24,975 nucleotides of DNA from Patescibacteria group bacterium (GTDB lineage: Bacteria; Patescibacteriota; Patescibacteriia; UBA9934). Below the pieces are notes generated by a model. The model was not told where the DNA came from. It searched no databases and saw only the letters and a program-made list of their open reading frames with translations. Numbering within the stretch: position 1 is the first letter of the stretch; each line of letters begins with the position of its first letter. A program made the translations under genes and the position numbers. Where the stretch lies: assembly GCA_038078775.1 (NCBI GenBank), contig JBBTSN010000053.1:1-24975 (forward strand), read 5' to 3'. This document shows positions 18,378 through 24,620 of this stretch, piece by piece.

Positions 18378-18417
18378 AGGATTTCACTATACTCTCTCCA
18401 CGTGCCTTTGCCTCGAG

Positions 18418-18489
18418 GGCTACTTTACTGAACTGGGGAGTATTTATGTTGAGGTGAAGATCGGTATGGATAAGATGCAAGCGAATTGT
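18418..18489 (+). repeat. Cassette left-end repeat, copy 1 (degenerate, core lost)
   Basis: TTTACTGAACTGGGGAGTATTTATGTTGAGGTGAAGATCGGTATGGATAAGATGCAA aligns with copies 2-4. Confidence 0.85.
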
Positions 18490-18544
18490 CAGCTTATTGG
18501 ATCACCATCATCGCAACACGAGTTACGTCAGTATGAGGCGCGCT

Positions 18545-19477
18545 TTACATGTAGCCTCCTTGAGGTTCGGGGAGTGCCTTGTACGCATCCTTCGATTCAA
18601 TAATCGATCGGATGTAGGTCTCCAAGGATTCTAAGTCTTGATTAACTCCGTCTTCGCATCCGTCCCACGCGATATGTTGTTGTACGGCAAAGGTTTGCGT
18701 AAGGAGATCGTAGTCCGCACATGTACTCATAGTCACTTTCGTCAAACTGTCCTCTGTTGGTCTAAACAAGTTCAACTCTTCGATTTTTTCACGAATACCA
18801 TTCAATTCCTCATCCGTCAGCTTTAGAGAGATTATGATGGGCGCATCAACGATCATATCTTTTGTAAACGTATCATGAAATGTATCCAGCTCGTTCTTCG
18901 CTCCCACTCCATATTTGAACGAGAAATCAAAAGATGGCGATTGGTTCGCGTCTTTCTCTACGAATTGCAACGTACGGAAAATCCTTAAGGCGACATCCTG
19001 TTGAAAAGTAGTAAGATTCTCGCCTGATATTTGAAGGCGATCCATTTTATTGCTTCCTAAATCCTCGAAATACACTCCCGTTGTTCCGCTGCCTCCAACG
19101 ACCGGAACTACGAGCTTTGCGCTATGACCGCCGATGATTTCATAAGTGATCACATAGTCGGTGTCACCATCTTCCGCAAGCGAATTGGAATACCAACCGT
19201 AATCAAAACCGAGCGTCACTTCGTCACCAACAAATTCACCAACATACGAATCTATGCCTGGTAATGCGTTGAATTCCCAGCCTGGTGGTAAAGAAAGCGT
19301 AAAAGAATTTGTGTCTACAAATTGCCAATTCTCCGTAGCTTCACTGGTAATCGCGGGTGCGACTGAGCGATTATTCATGATGACGTATCCGATCGCTCCG
19401 ATGACGGCGACGAGGACAATCGCCATTGCTACTCTGACAAGACTTTTTTTATGCATATTTTGTAGCCACGTTTTCAA
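18545..19477 (-). CDS. Hypothetical membrane-anchored/secreted protein
   Basis: 310-aa ORF with an N-terminal TM helix and two acidic extracellular-type domains. Confidence 0.82.
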   Translation of the reverse strand: MKTWLQNMHKKSLVRVAMAIVLVAVIGAIGYVIMNNRSVAPAITSEATENWQFVDTNSFTLSLPPGWEFNALPGIDSYVGEFVGDEVTLGFDYGWYSNSLAEDGDTDYVITYEIIGGHSAKLVVPVVGGSGTTGVYFEDLGSNKMDRLQISGENLTTFQQDVALRIFRTLQFVEKDANQSPSFDFSFKYGVGAKNELDTFHDTFTKDMIVDAPIIISLKLTDEELNGIREKIEELNLFRPTEDSLTKVTMSTCADYDLLTQTFAVQQHIAWDGCEDGVNQDLESLETYIRSIIESKDAYKALPEPQGGYM

Positions 19478-19686
19478 GATTGAGGCTCGATGGCTAATGT
19501 AGAATGTACCTTAATTCGCCTGATAAATCCACCGAGAACTGTGGTCGGGGTTCGAGCCGAAAAAATAAGGTAAATTTGGCATTTCGGGCATTTAAGAAAA
19601 ATTCGTCTGTTTTGCGTCCCGGGCGCTTCGGTTTTCAATGACGACTTTTTGACAAGGCATGTGGGGTCACCTCACGCGCCTTCTCA

Positions 19687-19771
19687 TGGTTCCCTAGGTT
19701 ACCCTTTTACCGAACTGGGGAGTATTTACGCTGGAGTGAAGGTCAGCATGGAGAAGATGCAGTCAAACTGC
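19687..19771 (+). repeat. Core (TGGTTCC) plus cassette left-end repeat, copy 2
   Basis: TGGTTCCCTAGGTTACCCTTTTACCGAACTGGGGAGTATTTACGCTGGAGTGAAGGTCAGCATGGAGAAGATGCAG. Confidence 0.9.
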
Positions 19772-19881
19772 CATTTTTTCAAAGAGAATCAATAATTTGT
19801 GTCGCAACCTGTTCTGAGGTGAGAAGATTTGTAGTATTCGTTCGGTGATTATTTAATTTCAATTTCTTTTTCTGTTAAATC

Positions 19882-20946
19882 CTACAACTTTACATACCGC
19901 GTTCCTGGACCGCGGCCAATCCGTTTTACTTTTCCAAGCTCAATCAACCGATCTAGTCCTTGGCGGACGGTCGGCATGAGAATATCGGTCGCTTTTACAA
20001 CTTCGCTCGGGCTTGCTTCACCAACATTGGAGATAAATTTCCAGACTTCGTACTGTTTAGGCGAGAGCGTATCCTCGAATTTTTCTTCTTGCAGATAAAT
20101 GAGTGCCTTTGTCACTTGTTCTTTTACAACCGCAAGGAAGAAGTTAAGCCACGGCGAGATTGTATCCTTTTCGGTACGGAAAGTTTCCTGTGATTTACGC
20201 AGTGCGATGTAGTACTCGTCCTTTCGCTTCTCGACAAGTTGCTCATGCGAGACGTATTGTACGAATTGATATCCAGATCGAAGCAAGAGAAGATTTGTCA
20301 GGACACGCGAAAGACGCCCGTTGCCATCTTCAAACGGGTGAATCCTCAAGAACTCAACGATAAAGTTTGCGATGATGAGCAGCGGATGAAACCGATTATT
20401 GTCGAAGGCATCAGCCGTCCATTCCACAAGCTCCTGCATTTCTTTTGGTGTCAGGTAGGCAGGAGTCGTCTCGAACATGATGCGCACAGCTTTGCCATCC
20501 GGACCAAGCACACCGACGGTATTTTCTTTTTTCTTGTATGCTCCGCGCTGCTGTTCATCTTTTGTTGAGTATTTGAGGAGCTCCTTGTGGAGCGACTGAA
20601 TCGTGCCATCTCGAAGCGGTAGCGTTTGGAAGCTATCAAAAACATTTTGCAGCGTCTCAAGGTATCCCTGCACTTCTTGCGAATCTCGATCGGCAAACTT
20701 TGAAACGGCAAGACCTTGCATGATTTTCTGCACTTCCTCGTCGGTAAGTTTCGCGCCTTCAATACGTGTAGATGCACCAGCCGAAGTCACGAGCGTTGAT
20801 CGTTTGAGATTGGTAATTGCCTGCGGTGTCATTCGAAGACCAGATTTAAACTCCCCACGAATACCGTCAATTTCAGCTAAAAGAGCCACGATGTGTGGTT
20901 CGGGCGTTTTTACTCGATGGTCGAACTTTAAGGTGTTTTGGTCCAT
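19882..20946 (-). CDS. Fic family protein with C-terminal winged-HTH
   Basis: STRIEG inhibitory motif, HPFEDGNGRLSR catalytic motif, and a C-terminal wHTH ending IGRGPGTRY. Confidence 0.93.
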   Translation of the reverse strand: MDQNTLKFDHRVKTPEPHIVALLAEIDGIRGEFKSGLRMTPQAITNLKRSTLVTSAGASTRIEGAKLTDEEVQKIMQGLAVSKFADRDSQEVQGYLETLQNVFDSFQTLPLRDGTIQSLHKELLKYSTKDEQQRGAYKKKENTVGVLGPDGKAVRIMFETTPAYLTPKEMQELVEWTADAFDNNRFHPLLIIANFIVEFLRIHPFEDGNGRLSRVLTNLLLLRSGYQFVQYVSHEQLVEKRKDEYYIALRKSQETFRTEKDTISPWLNFFLAVVKEQVTKALIYLQEEKFEDTLSPKQYEVWKFISNVGEASPSEVVKATDILMPTVRQGLDRLIELGKVKRIGRGPGTRYVKL

Positions 20947-20953
20947 AAATGTT

Positions 20954-20987
20954 ACTGATATTTACAATGTATCAGATTATATCAGTT
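20954..20987 (-). promoter_or_regulatory. Extended -10 promoter overlapped by CTGATA/TATCAG inverted repeats upstream of fic
   Basis: TG-A-TATAAT on - (20976-20984). Inverted repeat ACTGATAT (20954-61)/ATATCAGT (20979-86), plus an extra TATCAG at 20970-75. Confidence 0.55.
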
Positions 20988-21049
20988 GATAGCAGATAGA
21001 GCAATATGGGCAGCTGTCTTTGCCTTGAATATGACTCATTTAAAACAAA

Positions 21050-21150
21050 GAAAAAACGACCAGTTTTCACCAGTCATTTCTTCGTGGCTCCGCGTCGTAG
21101 ATGATGTTAGAACCGCAATCGAGCAACGCCAGGGATTTATTACCATCCTT
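21050..21150 (+). repeat. Second-type cassette junction: imperfect hairpin, TGGCTCCG core and recombinase-tail-like sequence
   Basis: TGGCTCCG at 21085-21092 equals the last 8 nt of the tRNA. It reads through as KNDQFSPVISSWLRVVDDVRT. Confidence 0.6.
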
Positions 21151-21172
21151 AATCTTACGTCGCTCACAAGGC

Positions 21173-21790
21173 CTACTCATTGAACCAACGATCATGAATT
21201 TTCTGGAGAGTATCTTTATCTAGTTCGAAACCTGACACATCTGGTAGAACGGCATCGATACTACAGTGTGGGCACATCGCAGTACGCTCTATAGGCATAA
21301 AATCGTCAGGCGTAATCTCTGTCGCGGGATAGACTTTTAAACAATAGTAGCAGCCAACGTTTTTACTTCTCCGAATCGCATCCTCATTATTAGTAGCGTG
21401 TTTAATCGCATCTTCAACTTTTGGCGTGAAACTATTAATACCCTTATCCGCCTGTTTCTGCCTAGCCTCATGAATAAGCATAGCTATCTCATGTGGCTTC
21501 TGACTTCTTACTCGTTCAATGATTGCGTTAGGCGTATTCAAATCGTCCTCAACAACCCCTCCGATATCAACTATTTTTTGTGCCAGGTCACTCTTGGCAA
21601 ATTGCTCTAATAAAAAATCCTTTCCTAATTCGGTAATATCACTTTCACCAATACACATTTCATTAAGAAGGCTTTGGAGCATCTCAGAATTCTCAAAGTC
21701 TTCTTTGAAAAATTCTTTCTTATCAGACTTGTAGTTTCTGTATCCAAGGATTCCCTTCTCAATTGTTATTGTGCTATCGGATGAGTTCAT
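21173..21790 (-). CDS. Hypothetical protein with a C-terminal Cys4 zinc-binding domain
   Basis: GCYYC...TAMCPHCSIDAVL...HDRWF at the C-terminus; acidic N-terminal region of unknown type. Confidence 0.8.
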   Translation of the reverse strand: MNSSDSTITIEKGILGYRNYKSDKKEFFKEDFENSEMLQSLLNEMCIGESDITELGKDFLLEQFAKSDLAQKIVDIGGVVEDDLNTPNAIIERVRSQKPHEIAMLIHEARQKQADKGINSFTPKVEDAIKHATNNEDAIRRSKNVGCYYCLKVYPATEITPDDFMPIERTAMCPHCSIDAVLPDVSGFELDKDTLQKIHDRWFNE

Positions 21791-21820
21791 AATGTAATAC
21801 TAACTATTACCCTTAACGGT

Positions 21821-21970
21821 ACTGTATCAGTTCTAACCCCATCCCGGGTAGTCCCAAAACAATAACAAAACCCCAGCATTTCTACTGAGGCTTCATTGGC
21901 TCCCTAGATTACCTTTTTACCGAATTGGCAAGCATTTACGCTGAGGTCAAGGTGAGTATGGAGCATTTGC
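21821..21970 (+). repeat. Full cassette junction: right-end module, TGGCTCC core and left-end repeat copy 3
   Basis: ACTGTATCAGTTC (21821-33), 63 nt, TGGCTCC (21897), then CTAGATTACCTTTTTACCGAATTGGCAAGCATTTAC…. Confidence 0.88.
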
Positions 21971-21988
21971 AAAATTCATTGAATCCTT

Positions 21989-22813
21989 CTAGACGCATCC
22001 TTCAACCTGAAACTTAGGACGTAACTGTGTCCAATGCTCCCTGAGCTGTTTTTCTATAAAACCAGCTTTAATAAGACGCTGTTCAACGGTATCGATGATA
22101 TCAGTAATAGACCTTTGGATTTCATGTGTCTCGGTCATGTTAAGGAGCAAGTCAATTTGAGTACAAAACTCATTTTCACCGAGATCACGGAGACTAGGGT
22201 ATATATGCTTTTCAAACACAGGATAGCGATCATTTATCATGATGAGCGCATTGGCTAGCAGTTTCACTATCTGTAAACTCAACGAGCGTACATAGAGATT
22301 ATTTTTACGCTCTACAGCTACGACCAGACGATCTTCAAATACAAAAACAGATTCAGCAAAAAGCCATTGGATCTTTTCTTGCAATACCTCACTTGGATAC
22401 CATTTGATCTTTGATTGAATTGTTTTATAGCGATCATGTGGGTCAAGAACGACGAGTGCTGCCGCGTGTTCACGTAAAGCCGAATCGTGATCCCAATCGG
22501 TCAAAGAATTTTCCAATTCGCTAAACGTCATTGGGGAGTGAAGTTGAATCGGAAGTTTTTGTTCCCGTAAGCTCATCTTATACTTTTTAACAACTTCCTT
22601 AATCATAACCCGATCAGATTCGTTCTCGAATAACAGATCACAATCAATGTCACTATATCGATCATAGTGATTCGAGGGTACGGATCCCGTGAGTACGAGG
22701 CTCAACTTATCCTTTAATTCAGGATATTGGCTGAAACAATCTTTTTCAATAAAATCTCTAAAAAGATGTACGATTTCTTCTTGTGAATGTTTATAGAAAT
22801 TTTCCAAGGTCAT
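21989..22813 (-). CDS. Pol-beta superfamily nucleotidyltransferase domain protein (DUF4037-like architecture)
   Basis: LVLTGSV...DRYSDIDCDLL (GS/DxD motif), followed by a helical C-terminal domain. Confidence 0.82.
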   Translation of the reverse strand: MTLENFYKHSQEEIVHLFRDFIEKDCFSQYPELKDKLSLVLTGSVPSNHYDRYSDIDCDLLFENESDRVMIKEVVKKYKMSLREQKLPIQLHSPMTFSELENSLTDWDHDSALREHAAALVVLDPHDRYKTIQSKIKWYPSEVLQEKIQWLFAESVFVFEDRLVVAVERKNNLYVRSLSLQIVKLLANALIMINDRYPVFEKHIYPSLRDLGENEFCTQIDLLLNMTETHEIQRSITDIIDTVEQRLIKAGFIEKQLREHWTQLRPKFQVEGCV

Positions 22814-22822
22814 ATTGAAGCT

Positions 22823-22970
22823 AGTGTATCAGTTCGGTAAGAAATCTGGGAGGTATTCAAAAATATAAAAATCCCTAGCGAATTGCTAGAGATTTTTATG
22901 GCTCCCTAGGTTACCTTTTTACCGAACTGGGGAGTATTTATTCCGAAGTGAAGATCAGCATGGATAAACT
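22823..22970 (+). repeat. Full cassette junction: right-end module, TGGCTCC core and left-end repeat copy 4
   Basis: AGTGTATCAGTTC (22823-35), 63 nt, TGGCTCC (22899). 22863-22905 is an exact 43-bp copy of 23821-23863. Confidence 0.92.
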
Positions 22971-23044
22971 ACGGAGCACGGTGACTCGTTAAGCCCTACC
23001 CTCTACAGAGTATTTCATGGGTTTTTTTGGTATAGTTAAGGAAT

Positions 23045-23368
23045 ATGAAGCAAGCGAGATATAAATTGATTGTACATTCACCCTTAACGCACTCGAAGAT
23101 AATCAGAGATGCACTTGGTGAAATTGGCGCTGGCAAGGTTGGAAACTACGATTTCTGCTCCTTTTCTTATTCTGGCATAGGCCGCTTTCGCGGAAATGAG
23201 AAATCGAAACCTGCTATTGGAGTACCTGGACGGATAGAGGAAGTCGAGGAGGAATCTATAGAGGTAGTGATAGTGGAAGACGTTTTGCGATTAGCCATTC
23301 AAAAACTAAAAGAGGTTCATCCCTATGAAGAGCCTGCTTACGAAGTCTATAAGTTGGAAGATTTCTAA
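23045..23368 (+). CDS. YqfO/NIF3-insert (PII/CutA-like) domain protein
   Basis: GAGKVGNYDFCSF...GIGRF...PAIG...VHPYEEPAYEVY. Confidence 0.9.
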   Translation: MKQARYKLIVHSPLTHSKIIRDALGEIGAGKVGNYDFCSFSYSGIGRFRGNEKSKPAIGVPGRIEEVEEESIEVVIVEDVLRLAIQKLKEVHPYEEPAYEVYKLEDF

Positions 23369-23377
23369 AGCAACAAA

Positions 23378-23770
23378 TTAACGGTTTTTATCAAGGTAAT
23401 CTTTTACCCCCTCAAACAGCGTGGGCATGTAAGTCTGAAGTTTGTCGACATCGATCCAAGTGAAGGATTCGGCATCAATATCTTTGGGAATACTTAGCGT
23501 TTGTTCAGAGTTTTTCTCGCAATGAAAGTAGTAAGTATGGTTCTTGGTGGAAGGATGAATTCTTTCACCAATCTTTCTCATTACTTTTATATCCAAATTT
23601 GTTTGTCTTTTAACTTCTTCAATTAACTCTTTTTCGGCATTCTCCTTATCTTGAACGCTTTCGCAGGGAAATGTATACCTGAGCCCATCATAATCACTCA
23701 GTTTCTCAGGTTTTATTTCACCGATCAGGGCTTTGTCGCCGTCCAGGATAATGGCCAATGCAATATTCAT
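23378..23770 (-). CDS. NUDIX-fold protein with a degenerate Nudix box
   Basis: Start reassigned to ATG 23770 (MNIALAIILDGDKALIG). Nudix-box region reads YTFPCESVQDKENAEKELIEEVKRQTNLDI; C-terminal FTWIDVDKL. Confidence 0.72.
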   Translation of the reverse strand: MNIALAIILDGDKALIGEIKPEKLSDYDGLRYTFPCESVQDKENAEKELIEEVKRQTNLDIKVMRKIGERIHPSTKNHTYYFHCEKNSEQTLSIPKDIDAESFTWIDVDKLQTYMPTLFEGVKDYLDKNR

Positions 23771-23780
23771 AGTTAGTAAA

Positions 23781-23863
23781 ACTATATCAGTTCGACACCC
23801 ATTTGGGGTAATCCAAAAATATATAAAAATCCCTAGCGAATTGCTAGAGATTTTTATGGCTCC
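23781..23863. repeat. Cassette right-end module abutting the tRNA 3' end (includes a terminator-like hairpin)
   Basis: ACTATATCAGTTC (23781-93), 63 nt, TGGCTCC (23857). Hairpin AAAAATCCCTAGC-GAATT-GCTAGAGATTTTT. Confidence 0.9.
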
Positions 23864-23897
23864 GGGGGAGGGGATCGAACCCTCGACCTGAGGATTA

Positions 23898-24281
23898 CAC
23901 ATTGTCTCTCGGTTTCCCGAAAGGGTGGACTATATCACCATCCTTGATATGAAGTGAGTAATCTCTACTACATATCTTTCGGATGCGAGGCGCTTCCGGC
24001 GACGTTACCGTCGGCGTACTCCCTTGCGGGATAGTCTCTGAACCTTCCCAATGACCTCTGTCATTTTGGGCTTGGCTGCTGATTACCATGTCCGCAATGC
24101 GGACGAAGGCTTCCAGACAATTCACCTCGTTTTCATTCCAGAATTTCTCCTGGAAGCTGCGTAATACCCGCGTGAACTTCACGATGACAGCTAGTGCAAG
24201 ACGCACGCTTTATCGTTTCGGCACGTTGGGCATAGGTTCGTTTCTCAACCATATGTTTAAAGTATAGTTGGAAACAGTGCC
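23898..24281 (-). ncRNA. Group I intron (subgroup IA-like), 384 nt, inserted at tRNA position 35/36
   Basis: P AATTGTCTGGAA, Q AATCAGCAGCC, R GTTCAGAGACTA, S GATATAGTCC. P3 GAGGUG/CGCCUC, P7 GACUA/UAGUC, P7.1/P7.2 hairpins, GAAA-capped P9, and terminal G. Confidence 0.93.
24133..24252 (-). pseudogene. Internally deleted HNH homing endonuclease remnant inside the intron
   Basis: 39-aa ORF MVEKRTYAQRAETIKRASCTSCHREVHAGITQLPGEILE*; CxxCHREVH is the terminal Zn/HNH motif. Confidence 0.65.
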
Positions 24282-24339
24282 ACAGTCCTTCGCTCTGCCG
24301 CTGAGCTACCCCGGAACATATTTCCTGATTTCTTCTTCT

Positions 24340-24364
24340 TGCCTCCGCGGGTGGGAATCGAACC
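24340..24364 (-). pseudogene. Orphan tRNA 3'-half fragment (Asn-like acceptor)
   Basis: On -: GGTTCGATTCCCACCCGCGGAGGCA (T-loop, 3' T-stem, acceptor CCGCGGA, G73, GCA). No matching 5' half upstream. Confidence 0.6.
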
Positions 24365-24390
24365 GTAATAGCAAAAAAGAAACCGTACAG

Positions 24391-24419
24391 ATAGTACCAA
24401 ACATTGTTTATGCTCGCAA
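24391..24419 (-). promoter_or_regulatory. Sigma70-type promoter for the tRNA
   Basis: TTGCGA-17 bp-TACTAT with an extended -10 TG. Confidence 0.6.
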
Positions 24420-24432
24420 GCGCAAGGTGGGA

Positions 24433-24463
24433 AAACAAAAGACGCTTTTGCAGCGTCTTTGTT
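24433..24463 (-). terminator. Terminator after the small basic ORF
   Basis: AAAGACGCT-loop-AGCGTCTTT stem, followed on - by TGTTTT. Confidence 0.7.
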
Positions 24464-24482
24464 CTGTACGTTTGAACCGTAT

Positions 24483-24620
24483 TTACTTTGCGGTTGGAGT
24501 AGATTCGAGCTTGCGCATGCGAATTGCCTTGGCCTTGCGGCGCTTTGCAAATCCGTCTACACGCTTGACGGCAAAAGCAGCGTTGGCGCTCTTTCGAGAG
24601 ATATGATGACGAGTTGGCAT
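24483..24620 (-). CDS. Small, highly basic 45-aa protein
   Basis: Below the track cutoff: MPTRHHISRKSANAAFAVKRVDGFAKRRKAKAIRMRKLESTPTAK* (14 K/R versus 2 D/E), followed by its own terminator. Confidence 0.6.
   Translation of the reverse strand: MPTRHHISRKSANAAFAVKRVDGFAKRRKAKAIRMRKLESTPTAK

Larger units (their letters stand above)
18411..23863. mobile_element. tRNA-Asn-anchored array of small integrase-less cassettes
   Basis: Copies of the tRNA 3'-end core TGG(C/T)TCC at 19687, 21085, 21897, 22899 and 23857, each flanked by repeated end modules and enclosing one or two unrelated genes. Confidence 0.75.
23857..24315 (-). tRNA. tRNA-Asn(GUU), intron-split; exons 24315-24282 and 23897-23857
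   Basis: Spliced 75-mer TCCGGGGTAGCTCAGCGGCAGAGCGAAGGACTGT|TAATCCTCAGGTCGAGGGTTCGATCCCCTCCCCCGGAGCCA folds as a cloverleaf with U1-A72, G73 and encoded CCA. Confidence 0.93.

Noticed and set aside
19535-19560. GGTCGGGGTTCGAGCCG, resembling a tRNA T-arm
   Set aside because: Too short, with no acceptor or D-arm context, and on the opposite strand to the tRNA cores.
18418-22970. CRISPR array interpretation of the repeats
   Set aside because: The repeats are ~75-150 bp, divergent, separated by ~1 kb of whole genes, and no cas genes are present.
18411-23863. Classical integron
   Set aside because: No intI. The junctions lack attC R''/R' (RYYYAAC…GTTRRRY) architecture and instead contain tRNA-end cores.
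23771-23902. N-terminal 44 aa of track ORF 23378..23902
   Set aside because: This is tRNA exon, terminator and promoter sequence read through by chance; the real start is ATG 23770.
23893-24290. Alternative splice giving tRNA-Thr(UGU) (exon 1 ending at U33, intron ending …CAAUG)
   Set aside because: The sequence allows it, but U1-A72/C2-G71/C3-G70 with G73 are Asn-type identity features, and P9.0 pairing (AC/GU before the terminal G) fits only the 35/36 junction.
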